The translations under genes were made by a program, and so were the position numbers. 64,000 nt of DNA, from NCBI RefSeq assembly GCF_006345805.1, contig NC_042998.1, forward strand, positions 80,104,001 to 80,168,000. The letters run 5' to 3'. Positions 11,546-24,853 of this stretch are shown one piece after another. Numbering within the stretch: position 1 is the first letter of the stretch; the number at the start of each line of letters is the position of its first letter. The notes beneath the pieces were generated by a model. The model was not told the origin of the DNA. It saw nothing but the letters and a program-made list of their open reading frames with translations, and ran no database searches. Origin of the DNA: Octopus sinensis (lineage: Eukaryota).

Positions 11546-11770
11546 AAATGGCATTCAGCTGTGAAAAGAATGCCAAAAACACGTGATGAACACAAAGACT
11601 AGTGGGGTGTCATTTGCAGATTTGTGTGTATCAGCTGATGAAGAGTGAAGCTAAGTGACAGGACACTATTGTCTAATCTATTCTAACATGAGATAGAAGT
11701 AGGGTAATAACAAAAACAGAAATGTTGATAAAATGATGATAATGAAGACAAAATAATAATTAATAATAAT

Positions 11771-12041
11771 CATCATCATCATCATCGTTTAGCGTCTGTT
11801 TTCCATGCTAGCATGGGTTGGACGGTGCAACTGGGGTCTGGGAAGCCAGAAGGCTGCACCAGGCCCAGTCTGATCTGGCAATGTTTCTACGGCTGGATGC
11901 CCTTCCTAACACCAACCACTCCGTGAGTGTAGTGGGTGCTTTTTACGTGCCACCGGCACAGGTGCCAGACGAGGCTGGCAAATGGCCATGATTGGATGGT
12001 GCTTTTTACGTGCCACCGGCACGAGGCCAGTCGAGGCGGCA
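11771..12041 (-). mobile_element. Family C SINE-like retroposon
   Basis: Reverse complement of the 1222-1513 element with CpGs retained. Confidence 0.85.
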
Positions 12042-12072
12042 AATAATAATAATAATAATGATAATAATGATA

Positions 12073-12288
12073 CTCCTTTCTATTATAGGCACAAGGTCTG
12101 AAATTTAGGGAGAGAGGACTAGTTGATTTCCTCAACCCCAGTGTTTCACTGGTACTTAAATTATTGACCCCGAAAGGATGAAAAGCAAAGTCGACCTCGG
12201 CGGAAATAGAACCCAGAACGTAGCAATGGGTGAAATACGGCTAAGCATTTTGTCTTGCATGCTAATGATTCTGCCAGCTTGTTGCCAT
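12073..12288 (-). mobile_element. tRNA-derived SINE family A, full length
   Basis: On -: GGCAACAAGCTGGCAGAATC head, then GTCGACTTTGCTTTTCATCCTTTCGGGGTCAATAATTTAAGTACC central block. Sits in (AAT)n. Confidence 0.85.
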
Positions 12289-13174
12289 AATAATAATAAT
12301 GATGATTTCAAATTTTTGCACAAGGCCAGCAACTTTGGGGAAAGGGTTAAGTCAATTACAAGGACTCCACTGCTCAACTGGTACTTATTTCATTGACACA
12401 CAGAAGGATGAAAGACGCTAAAGATAGGGCAGGGTTAAAAGATAAGTGTAAGGAAAAATGGGTAAGGAATGGGTGATGACCAATGGTGCATAAGTTGACA
12501 GTGGGTGGGGTGGGATGGAATCGTCATCACCATCACCACCATCATCATTTAACATCTGTTTTCCATACTGGCATGGGTTGGATGGCTTGAAAATAACTAG
12601 TGAGCCACCGAGTTCCAAAATAACTAGTGAGCACCGAGTTCCAAAGTGAGCTTTGGCATGGCCTGTATGGCTGGATGCCCCTCCTAATGCCAACCACTTT
12701 ATAGTATGTACTGAGTGTTTTTTTTCTTTTCATGCTACCGACAATAGTGCGGTTGCCAAGTAACTTGCAAGACAGCAAAAGAACAGGGAAAAAAGAAAAG
12801 GTAAAAGCTCCCACTACTAAAGTGGATGGGTGGGGAAATTTTATGATAAATGTTGAAAGGTTAAGGTATGATGGGGGAGAAACATTGGTGTCTTACTATA
12901 GAGGAGATACATGGCTACCACACATTATATAAGGGTGAGAGTAGTTGGGAAAGGGATAATGATGGTAGTGATAGAGAGTCAGAGTACTCTCTCAAGGTGC
13001 AGTAAGGTGAGCATAAGAGAGGATACAGTGTGTCAGGAGAGGGGAGAGTGGGTACTTCCATAGGTGAGTGAGGAAGGAATAACAGATAGTTAGACATGGG
13101 GGTTAGAGGGTGTGTGGTTGATAGGAAATATCAGAATGGGGAGAAGGAAAGGTGAGAGATAATATTATATATAG

Positions 13175-13211
<37 letters not shown>

Positions 13212-13388
13212 CATACATACATACATACATACATACATACACACACACACATACATACTGATCTTTGTTTTTCTTGGATAGGATATATGGATAGATTATA
13301 GATAGGATATGTGTAGATATACATATTTCTATCCAAGAAAAACAAAGATATTTGAGATTGAGAATTATAAGATTATTATTATTATCAA

Positions 13389-13426
<38 letters not shown>

Positions 13427-13894
13427 AAAAGCCAAACCCACAAATGAAGAGTACAAGTGAGACCTGATCCTATGACCCGTCTAGTAGGGTAATACACTGT
13501 AAATACAAACCGACTCAGACTGTAACAACCAGTCCAACCCATGCCAGCATGGGAAGAGGACATGGAATGATAGTGATGATAATGATGATGGTGGTAGTGA
13601 AACAAAACATGGAACCTTATGGTTGCATGATGGTTGTGGTGTGATGGAAGTGTGGGGGTGGATAGTAAAGGTGTTGGTTGTTGTGATGGTGTAGTAAAAG
13701 TGATGGTAGTGGTAGTAGTAGCGATGGTGGTGGTGGTGGTAGTGGTGATGCGGAGTTAGTAATGACAGTGCAGCAGCACTGGTAGAGGTAGAAGTAACAC
13801 CATAGTGATGATTGTGGTAGTCTCTGTAGTGATGGGGAAGGTCGAGTAAAGGATGGAATTGGAAGTAAATGGTGGTACTGGTAGAATATCATAA

Positions 13895-13901
13895 TTGTTG
13901 C

Positions 13902-13964
<63 letters not shown>

Positions 13965-13977
13965 GGTAGTGGTGGTG
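13895..13977. repeat. (AGT)n/(GGT)n microsatellite
   Basis: Direct reading. Confidence 0.95.
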
Positions 13978-14917
13978 CTAAGAATTAAAAAAAAATATGA
14001 ACATCTCAGAAAAAAAAAATAACAGTTCATAATAATGAAGAAGAAAGAAGATCATAGCAATTAGCATGAAAAATTAATCTTAGCAGTAATATTTCAATCA
14101 TTATTGCTTTCATAAGTCTCTTTATTGGAAACTATTGAATCAGAAATAAAACATCTTGAAATTCAAAAATTCAAGTACCAGCTATCCAGAAATCTCTGCC
14201 AAGACAATGGAAATATATGCTAAATGGAACTGCTGACTTTGATGTAGATGTAACTTAGTTCGATTATAGTTTGATTAAACTGATGTGTTGTTGATGTTGA
14301 TTAGTAGATCTATTATCAAAAACACTTTTAACTTTGGCTAGTCATCATCATCATTTAATGGCCACTTTCCATGCTGGCATGGGTTGGATGCTCTGGCAAA
14401 CCAGAAAGTTGTGTCAAACTCTACTGTCTTCTTTGGTATGGCTTCGACAGCTGGATTCCCTTCCCAATGCCAACAACTTCGGTGTACAAGGTACTTTTTG
14501 CATGGCACCAACACCATTGGGATCACCGAGTAACTTGCAGGACAAGATTCCTCAAATGAAGGGGAAAGTGCTGAGGGAGGCAGTTCAGTATTTTCTTTTT
14601 CAGATAAAGTGTATCTTAGATTACATTATCTAAGGAATTCTGTTTAAAAGACTGAAGAGTGTGATTTAAGAAAAAATTTCACTATTATTTCTAATAGCTG
14701 AGTGATTGTGTTTGTTTAAGATAGTAAAACCGGTAGAGTACCAGACAAAAATGCTTGGTGTTTAGTAATATGCCTTTGTGTTCTAATTTCAAACCTTACC
14801 AAAATCCCTTTTGTCCTTCATCGTTCTGGGGTATCAATGAGAAAAAAATCATTTAACTACCAGGGTTAATCTTATCGACAATACTCTCCTCCAAGCAGAA
14901 TATCACTTTGTAAATAT

Positions 14918-14990
14918 ATGAGAGAGAGAGAGAGAGGGGAGAGAGAGAGAGAGAAGGAGAGAGAGAGAAAAAGAGAGAGAGAGAAAAGAT

Positions 14991-15037
<47 letters not shown>
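14918..15037. repeat. (GA)n microsatellite
   Basis: Direct reading. Confidence 0.95.
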
Positions 15038-15042
<5 letters not shown>

Positions 15043-15109
15043 CATACAGAGCAAGCAAGTGAAGTTGAGAATTTGGTTATTAAGTTTGTTTCCAATGAAA
15101 TAAACTACT

Positions 15110-15311
15110 TCCCATATTTGATAGTATAAAAGACACATTGGGCATGTCTGATGCACCCAATTTCTGCAGTGTATATTCAGGGAAAAAAAGGTCTTTAGAG
15201 CAATAAAGCATGTAATATAGGCCCAATTTTGCATAAAAGGCCTGAGGTGATTTATTTGAGACACTTTTTTGCTTAAAAAAATGTGCAACCGATATGCCAT
15301 CAAATACAGCA
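15110..15311. mobile_element. Tc1/mariner (Tc2/Kanga-like) MITE
   Basis: Ends ATATGCCATCAAATACAG. Homologous to 17982-18175. Confidence 0.55.
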
Positions 15312-15424
15312 TATGCTTTAATTAATCTTGAAAATAATCATGAATTTTGAAAGATTCAGTAAAATAACTAATGTTTCTGTTATTAAGCGGGTGTTTGGAA
15401 CATAACGAAAGATTCTTGTATAAT

Positions 15425-15633
15425 ATTGGTTTCAAATTTTGGCACAAGGCCAACAGTTTTGGGGGAGGGGCCAAGTGAATTAAACTGATTCCAGTGCTCA
15501 ACAGCTACTTATTTTATTGGTCCCGAAAGGATGAAAGGGGCAAAGTCAACCTTGGCAGAATTTGAACTCTGAACATGAAGTGCCACTAAGTATCTTGACT
15601 GGCATGCAAACAATTCTGTCAGCTTGCCACCTT
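15425..15633 (-). mobile_element. SINE family A
   Basis: GAAAGGATGAAAGGGGCAAAGTCAACCTTGGCAGAATTTGAACTC...CAGCTTGCCACCTT. Confidence 0.8.
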
Positions 15634-16600
15634 AGATTCTTATATAATATTATGAAAGAATATAGCATAAAAGATTATTATATAATACTATGATGGAAGA
15701 AAGATCACAGAAGGTTCTTATATAATATTATGAAGGAAGGAACATAAAAGATTATTGTATAATATTATGATGGAAAGGTTTAATGTGATTAGGAACAGAG
15801 TGTAAAATGCAAGATTATTTTTAAATGATAGACCTGCAGACAGTCTCAGAGGGATTGGAATCAGAAGAGTTAATGGTATGAAAAGACAGAGAAGTCATGA
15901 TAAGTTGTCATCGTACATAACAATGCCTTTGTTGTTCGATTATTTTACAGTAGTTTATTTGTTTCTAGATGTAATTTGCTTCAGCCACTGTCACTGGAAT
16001 GGTGTTCCTGCTGTTTCAGTCAGATTAGAGCAGGAAGTCTGAGATTGACACAGGGTGGGGTGTAAATAAGGGAGGGAAGGGGGGCTATGACAAGCACTAA
16101 AGACCTTTCTCAAAGCTTTTAGTGGCATAACTGAAATGGCTTTATCCAGGAAATGACAGTTGTCAGTCTGTCTGTTCTATTGCAATGAATATGGTTGATA
16201 ATAAAATAGGCAAAACAAAAACCCGATGCTGTTTACTGCCAATACTAGGAGTAAACAAATGAGTTAATGTACAAAAACCAATTTTAATACACCTTTAACA
16301 CAACTCTCTTTAATCATACCTGATTAATATTCTTTTAACGTATTTATCATTAATCACACCTGATTTGTACAGCCAGCTCCACTTCTTTTCACAAAAAGAC
16401 AGAATACTTAAGGGAAAAATAAGTCAGTTGCTTTAAGAAGTTTGCTTCACGAACCACAAGATTTGGGGTTCAGTTACACTACATGGCACCTTGAGCAAGT
16501 GTTTTCTGCTAAAGCACTGGGCTAACCAAAGCTCTGTGAGAGTATTTGATAAACAGAAACTGAAAGAAAATCATTGTGTGTGTGTGGATGTATGTATGTA

Positions 16601-16676
<76 letters not shown>

Positions 16677-17981
16677 AATGTGTGTGTGTATGAGTGTTTG
16701 AAGCTCCTAGTTTTGACATCACATGATAGCTAGGAGTGTCACTGTCATGCAAATGGTGTCATTCCTTTTCAGTCTTCTGTGAAAACATGTTCAGCCAAAG
16801 TGAATTATTACGTCACTTGGAAACAAGTGGGGCTTGGCAACAGAACAGGGCATCCAGCCATTGACAATCTGTCTCAAGCATGGAAAATTAGACGTTAAAA
16901 TGATGATGATAGTGATGACAGTGATGATGATAAAATGATGATGATCAATTTTGATCAAGTAAGTCAATGATTAAATATCTTTCCACCATTTTTTCAGGCC
17001 ATGCTGTATCTAAAAACTACATTATCTAATGTGTTCCTCCATCTTGAAAATGGTAGGGTGTAATTTACAGGATATTTAGCTGTTGTTTCTAGTAGGTCAA
17101 GCAATGGCATAAAGGTTACCTAAGACTAAACAAGAACATGTAAATTCAAATAGTTATAGAATCATTCAGAAAATAGTTATGATGCCAGTGGTGGTTACTG
17201 CTGTTATTATTATCATTGATAACTCAACAGAGTTAACTTAACAACCTCTTCCCAAGTTTTCTCTTCTCATTCAGTCTGCATATAAACTCTTTTCATAGTT
17301 TGAAAAAAAAAAAAAAAAATCAATGCTTTCATTTCTTTAAAAATAAATAAATAAATAAATTGATCAAGCATCGATTGATTTCAAAGCCAATGAATGATTC
17401 TTTTGAATTTCCATCAACTGATATAGTTGCTATTTCCAGGTTACCTAAATTCTAAAAAAAATTATTACAGCATGCTAACAATTGTAGTATTTTTAAAGAG
17501 AAATAATGAAATGATGTAATATGAGCAACAGAAGGGATATAAAAAACATACAATACTATAGTGATAGAACACAATACTATACTCAGCAGGAGGCTGACTG
17601 AGAAAGATGGGGGTTAGACAATATTAATATTGTCAACAAAATTTTTACTCAAGCCAATGTAGGGCCTTCTATGTAGTCATTCAACCTGGTAGAAATAGCA
17701 GTCAAATTTCCCTCAAACTACCACCTAATTAATCAGTCATTTAAGCTAGCCATATCAGGTCCAAGTTTTCTACCTGTCTTATATTCAAACTGACCAGATA
17801 TGAGCTCACACACCCAAACCTACAATGTCATTCAAAAAATAAATAATTACATCTTTGAAGTCTGAAAGCTACAAAATAAATGCATGATCAATTCAAAATA
17901 ATGTGAATAGATAAGTGTTACATTTGACAGAGAAATCTGATTACTAAAGGGTTAAAAAAGAAAAGGTCACAGTGGACAATA

Positions 17982-18175
17982 TAGTGTATTTGATGACATA
18001 AAACATGCATGGGCAATATATTTGATGAACCTCCATTTCAGCTAAATATATTCAGGAAAAAAAAGTTTTTAGCACATTAATGCTTATGGGCGGCCCAGCT
18101 TTGAAAACAGGACCCAGGGTGTTCTTGAAACATTTTTTTGTAAAAGAAAAATCTTATATGCCATCAAATACAGTA
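17982..18175. mobile_element. Tc1/mariner (Tc2/Kanga-like) MITE
   Basis: TIRs TAGTGTATTTGATGACATA / TATGCCATCAAATACAGTA with TA ends. A third copy lies inverted at 48058-48206. Confidence 0.65.
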
Positions 18176-18989
18176 AATGTACCAAAAAGGTGTGACGATT
18201 AGGTTGGAGTGTCTTTATCAGGAGTGACTTATGGTTTAAAAAAATCTTACAAATAACAGCATCGAACTTGTTAACATTCATGGGGTAATAAAAACAAAAC
18301 ATTATTTTGAATATTTCAAAAATGAATGTCTTATTGTTTAGCCCTAGGTCAGTCCTAATCCAGTACACCTATGATTCAAACTATTCAAGTTATGAATGTC
18401 CTGTGTTTTTGTTTTCTCTGGTACAATGTGCTCGTGATTAGATTATCCAATGTATCTATATTTTTTAAGGTGGTGGGGTGTTATTTCAGGGAGATTTGGC
18501 TACTGTTTTTAATAGGCACTGTGTCAATCTTGCAGCCTAAAAAGTACATAATTTTTTTCTTTTCAGGTCAAACTTCTTGAAATTGACTTCTGAACAAAGG
18601 CATCCTAGCCATGACCATCCTACCTTAATTCTTTTTAAAGCATAGCATACACCTAATTACATTATCCACTATTTCCTCTTTTTTTTTTCTTTTTTAAGGT
18701 ACAGTTTAGTTTGAAGAAGATTTCATTGTTATTTCTTGCAAGTACAGTAGTCAGATAGAGACTGCTTTGAAAAGAGTGAATGAGTAGCTAAAACAATCTG
18801 ATTTACAGGCTGACTGTAAATATGATGAGCTGTCATAAGTAAATCAGAGCAAGAAACTGTCTCTTACACTTCAACACAAATAATAGATCTTTTCCACATC
18901 AGTGGAATATAATAGAATGCAATCAACTTAAAGTAGTGTAAGGATAGATAAATAAGATATAAAATAGGTAGGTAAATAGATGGGGTATA

Positions 18990-19100
18990 GACAAGATAGA
19001 TAGATAAATAGATAGATGATAGATAGATAGATCGATAGATCAATCGATCGATAAATAGATAGATCAATCGATCGATAGATAGATAGATAGATAGATAGAT
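18990..19100. repeat. (GATA)n with GATC variants
   Basis: Direct reading. Further GATA tracts at 49465-49580 and 57993-58048. Confidence 0.95.
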
Positions 19101-19660
19101 AAATAGGATACAGGTAAAATAGTTGAATAAATAGGATATAAGTGAGATAAGGAAATATAGATATACAGATAGATAGGTGAAGAGAGATAAAGAGATAAAA
19201 TAGTAGAAATACAAATAAAATAGATGGAGAAAAAGAGTGAAGCATGAGAGAGAGAGAGAGAGACAGAGAGAGAGAAAGAGAGAGAGAGAATGTTAATTAG
19301 ATCTTTAGCCAGTGGCACATATGATTGTGACAAAATCCTATACAAAGAAGTTTGCTACATTGAATATTATATCATTATAGCTAAGGATTGTTACAGGGTT
19401 GAAGTAATGAAAAATGTTCACTATTGATATACTTACACATCAGCTGTTCACTTGACAACTACATTTGATAACTCACCAACACATCATCGTCAGCATCACC
19501 ATCAGTATTGAGTTCATTCTCCCATGCTGACATAGATTGGACAATGGTAGTAAGTGGCAAATAGTGATCAAAGACTAGTAATCAATCAGTCTTAGTATCT
19601 CTTAAACTCTTTCTCTAGTTTGGTTACTAATCTTTTAAAATGTCCAGAAAGCTGCAAGTG

Positions 19661-19755
19661 TGATTGTATGTGCATGTGTGATTGTATGTGCATGTGTGAT
19701 TGTATGTGCATGTATGATTGTATATGTAAGTGTGCATATGTGATTGTATATGTGT
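19661..19755. repeat. 18-bp minisatellite TGATTGTATGTGCATGTG
   Basis: Three near-perfect units plus degenerate units. Confidence 0.85.
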
Positions 19756-21232
19756 GTATGGGCCCATATGTGCATGCATGTGTACATTACATTGCTTTTA
19801 AGAAAATTAATGAAAGGTCATGGAAGATGAAAATTTTGGTGCTTCTGCTGAAGTATCTAATTACATTATCATATTAGTTTTCCTACTGAACAGAATCCTG
19901 CCTATTTCATACCTTCCTCCCTTGACCAATAAAACTACTGTACTTCAAGGAGAGAAAAATATTTACAAATGTACAAAATAAGACCATATCACCATTATTT
20001 AAAAAAAAAAAAGGGAACAAAAAACATTAAATTAAATTTAAGGTGGTGCCCCAGCATGGCCACAGTCCAAACTGAAAACAGTAAATGGTAAAAAGATAAG
20101 TAAGCAATACTACATCTATGAACATAGTTACAAGCTCTAAATCCAAACCTCCTCCCTCTACCACTTACCTATGATTCTTAATTAAATTTCAAAAATATTT
20201 GAAACATTCATTTAATCTAAAATAGTAAAAAAAAGAAAAAGTGTTAGATACGTGAACTAAATATTACCAGTTCATACAACCAGCCAACCTTACTAGCTCC
20301 AATCAAGCCATCTCCTTTAAATCCAGTCTCTTCAGTTCAGAAAGCAGAAAGAGTTACATTCTTTAAGGAAAAATGCTATAAGCCACATTTTTTTTTTCAA
20401 ATAACCTAAATTAATGATTTAAAATATTTTAGATTTAATTAAAAAATTAAGAGTGAGTGGTAGGGGAGATGTGTTAGATTTTAAATTTTGATTTTACACA
20501 TAGGTTTTGAGAAGGTCTTCATTTGCCTGTTATTTTAGATGGGTTATCCTATATTTGTGAAGGCATGGAGCCTAGTGGTTAGGGTGTTGCACTTATGACT
20601 GCAAGATCATGGTTTCCAATTTCCAGACTGGACACCATATTGTGTTCTTGTGCAATGCAGTTCACTTCATGTTGCTCCAGGACACTCAACTGCAAATAAG
20701 TAACCCTGCAACAAATGGTTACCCCTGTTCAGAGGGAATGTTGTGATCTCGGTTACCCGTGGAAACTGGGTAACCTTCCCTAGTAAGTCCTAGGACTCAA
20801 AACATAGACCTTTTTTTAATTTTTACATTCTACATTCCTTTTTTTTTTTACATCCTATATTCCTTCCAAATTTATTGAAGAGCTACACTAATTTCTTAAA
20901 GAGCTACAGACTTAATAAACTGAAATTAGTCAATTACTACACCCACTGAGTCCATCATATCTTTATTATAGGACAAAATGTCCTGAAAGAATGGTTTTAG
21001 GTATGTGTTCACCACTTTTGAAATAATAGTGGTGGCAGTTCATCATCTTCCAATCAAATCAAGTAAACTATATTACCATTTTTTTCTCTGATTAATATCT
21101 ATTGGTTACAACTTCTGATAGAAATCTCACCATTTTTCAGTGACAGGGACAGGATTTGAACTCAGAAAGTACAGAGCCAGAACAGATACCAAAAGGTTCC
21201 CATCCAATGTTCTAACAATTCTACCTATCTTA

Positions 21233-21450
21233 TAGGTAGCAAGCTGGCAGAAATGTTAGCATGCCAGGTGAAATGCTTAGCAGTATTTTGTCTGTCTTAA
21301 CGTTCTGAGTTCAAATTCAGCTGAGGTCAACTTTGCCTTTCATCCTTTCAGGGGTCGATAAATTAAGTATTAGTTGCGTATTGGGGCCGATCTAATCAAC
21401 TGGCCTCCTCCCCCAAAATTTTGGGTCTTGTGTCTAGAGTAGAAAAGAAT
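21233..21450 (+). mobile_element. SINE family A, full length
   Basis: A-box-like TGGCAGAAATGTTAG, B-box GAGTTCAAATTC, central CCTTTCATCCTTTCAGGGGTCGATAAATTAAGTA. A partial copy follows at 21700-21890. Confidence 0.85.
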
Positions 21451-23199
21451 TCTGCCTATCTTCTGCTCTAGACTAACACCATTTTTAGAATGAAAGCCAA
21501 ACACTAATTTGGGACTTTTTATCCTCTGTTGTTTTATCTTTTACTTGTTTCAGTCACTGGACTGTGGCTTTTGCTGGAGGACTGTCTTGAAGTACTTAGT
21601 CAAACAAATCACCTCCAGTACTAAAATAACAATAACAACAATAACTAGCTGAAACTGTGAAAAATTCACGGAAAACATAAAAGACGGAAGCATCTGTAAA
21701 CAGTGTACTGGTGCCATGAGAAATATTTGTATATTATGACTGTCTGTCTTTACATTCTGAGTTCAAATTCTGCCGAGATCGACTTTGCCTTTCGTCCTTT
21801 TGGGGTTGATAAATTAAGTATCAGTTATGTACTGGAGTCGATTTAATCAACTGGCCCCCTTCCCACAAAAAATTCAGGCCTAGAAAAGTATATTGTGACA
21901 GTTAGAGAATATAGAAAGTAATGTAACACCAATAACTATATAATCCAACCAAAATACCTCAGTTACACAAACGTAAACGGAATTACTATTTAACCTTAAA
22001 ATACATCGTACATATTCAAAGAACCTTAACGTACAAATTGAAATGCAAAAGAACAAAATAATAAATGGATTTATGAAGGAAAGTTTGATAATTACGTTTA
22101 TTTCTACCATGCAACACTTATTATTGCAAACATGTTTTAACTAACCTAAACTACACACACACACACACACACACACACAAATACATTCATATATATATAT
22201 GTCTCGAGTTGTAGCTGTAATTCAAAGGGGCCAGCCTTGTCAAATTCTGTGTGAGGCTGAATCTCCTTGAGAACTACGTTAATGTTATGCATGTGTGTGG
22301 AGTACTCAGCCATTTGTGAATTAATTTTATCCTCGTGTGGTAATGAAAAGTGAAACTGACATCCAATATTTGCTGTGTCTATGTATCTATGTATGAACTT
22401 TTCTTTGGATTTATGTATCTACTGTCTCTCTCACTTTCTCTCTTCCTCTTTCACTTCCTTTGTGTCCCCCTTCTCTCCCACTTTTGATTTAACAATGTGC
22501 ATGTGTATCTATATATCTACTTCTCTTGCAATGTGATAAACATTTAAAAACACAAAACGAATGCTGTCACCACTCACTGTCTCTTTCACTCTCTCTCTCA
22601 CTCTCTTACTTTTTCTCTGTCTTCCTCTCTTCACTTTGCCACTTTTTTGAAGTAAGTGTGATGCACACAACAGGTACATACAAAGACAAAACGTTAGCGT
22701 ATTAATATTATCGATAATAATAACAAAGCTGAAACAATGATATTCCTTTTCATCAAATTCAAATGAATGAAATAACAAATGAAGTTATCAATTCTACATT
22801 ACTTTCATAACTACTGACAACTGATCTAACATTAAATAACAACAATAAATCCTAATAAGTAGACTATAATTGTTACCTCATTTTTAATTATAGATTTCTC
22901 CATTATTAGAAATAATATTTGAGTCAATTGAATATTTTTGCAGCCCACAGCAAATGGTGACCAAGTTTCATCACAGTTTCAAATTATCATTTGGCAAAAA
23001 TAATCTAACAAAATCTAACAACAAATATAAAACAGTAAATAATTGGAAAGCATTTATTTTGAGTTTTACCTTCATTAGCTCATTTATTCAGGATTTTATT
23101 TCAATTATGTTGTCTTTTCTTTTATTTATAACTTCATTTCAGTAAGCATAATCATCTGATGGTACAATAAATTACCGCATCTGTGTTTTCTATTGTGTG

Positions 23200-23211
23200 T
23201 GTGTATATATA

Positions 23212-23247
<36 letters not shown>

Positions 23248-23318
23248 CATACACACACACATACATACATGTGTATATATATATACACATATAAATACAT
23301 GTATATATATATATATAT

Positions 23319-23369
<51 letters not shown>

Positions 23370-23370
23370 A

Positions 23371-23409
<39 letters not shown>

Positions 23410-23534
23410 AATACATGTATATATATATATAAATACATATATATATATATATAAATACATACATATATAAATACATACATATATAAATACATACATATAT
23501 AAATACATACATATATAAATACATACATATATAA

Positions 23535-23571
<37 letters not shown>
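23200..23571. repeat. Compound (TA)n/(CA)n/ATAAATACAT microsatellite
   Basis: Direct reading; source of the YI/CI pseudo-ORFs. Confidence 0.95.
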
Positions 23572-23763
23572 GCAATAATAAATGAGATGTAAACAGTAAC
23601 CGCTTGACAATGTAAAGTATAATAGCCATCTCAATATGGCTAACCACAAAGGGTGGGTGTTACTGAAGCTTTTAGCCCCAGGAGATCATCGTCTCCAGCT
23701 GGCTTTAGGCACCGTCTAACCCATGACAGCATGGAAAGCAGATAGTAAATGATGATGATGACG

Positions 23764-23814
<51 letters not shown>

Positions 23815-24030
23815 TGAAGGAATGAAAATAAAGAGAATTGGATGTATGAAAAATTTACTTGTATGTTAAAAAAAATGTTGAAAATTTTCTTTTAAAAACA
23901 TTACAATACAAATAAACTGATTATAAGTTGTAAAAGCTCAAAAAGAATTTTAAAAACCTACATATGTTTCTGTGCTATCCCCTAGTCAATTAGAAATTCT
24001 AAGCATTTGTTTAAATGCTAAAAAAAAGTC

Positions 24031-24237
24031 ATATTCTAACTATATGGGGTAGAACTTCTTCAGTATTTTTATGAGCTGGTAGGGCTTAGGTTATCATTTT
24101 TGAAGGATGCACGGAGAGTTTATCACTCTCCATGCATAAAGTTTATAAACTCACTATGCATCCTACAAAAATGATAACCTAAGCCCTACAAGCTCATAAA
24201 AACCCTGAAGAAGTTCTACCCCGAATAGTTAGAATGT
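24031..24237. mobile_element. Foldback (MITE-like) element with 81-bp inverted arms
   Basis: Arms 24031-24111 and 24157-24237 differ at 7 of 81 positions; 45-nt spacer; no clear TSD. Confidence 0.75.
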
Positions 24238-24764
24238 GTGTACTTTTATGTACCATGCATCTATATGAGAGGTTCTCTCAAGGTGAATACTGCAATATTT
24301 GGCATCCTAGCAAAACAGCCACACATCCACATTAAACTGGTTGTAAAGATTGTCCTTTGGTATTAATACTGCCTCTGTCACTAATAATTATCATGCAGGA
24401 AGAAGTTCTATGAAGAATATATGAGGTATATAGCAGATACACAGACATAAAGTCTTAGGTATGTAGGAAAGGAAAATGTTGGAAATTGCGACTTTTATGT
24501 GATTTCTCAACATGCTAGAAATGATAATAGTCAATTTATATGTTGAGAGTTTTTAAGAAAGGCATGAGTGCCACAGAATCTTTTTTTTAAATTACTATTA
24601 ATATGAGTCCATTAGTTTACGTAACAAATTAACTTCACAGACTTTATCAACAGAACTACCTGAAATGTATTTTTTTTCTAATTTATGTTCTTTTTGCCAC
24701 ATTTTTACCAAATTAATTTTTTGTAAACTGGGTCTGCTATTAGGCTGTGTTTAAATTTGCATTC

Positions 24765-24853
24765 TTAGTCAACAAGTATCTCTTGTGACAGATTTTCTCC
24801 TCCTTCATCTTCTGAGTCACCTTCCTGAGCTACTTCTCGTATGCTACTTGATT
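24765..24853 (-). CDS. Possible terminal exon, acidic peptide (xSSSIREVAQEGDSEDEGGENLSQEILVD*)
   Basis: ATTCTTTTAAAG acceptor and protein-like composition. Could be chance or transposon debris. Confidence 0.2.

Noticed and set aside
10914-11586. Four long overlapping ORFs (poly N/D, M/I, L/S, I)
   Set aside because: All arise from the AAT/GAT triplet array, which is stop-free in several frames. No splice or homology support.
11584-11660. GTGATGA...CTGA C/D-like pair and CTGATGAAGAG hammerhead-like start
   Set aside because: No C'/D' boxes or splice context, and no GAAAC or stem I. Expected by chance beside a GAT-rich tract.
12591-12643. 27-bp direct duplication that could resemble a repeat-spacer unit
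   Set aside because: Only two adjacent copies with no spacer, inside a SINE. A simple slippage duplication, not a CRISPR-like array.
19437-19530. Minus-strand exon-like WENELNTDGDADDDVL with GTGAGT donor
   Set aside because: It is a decayed family C tail with its (GAT)n.
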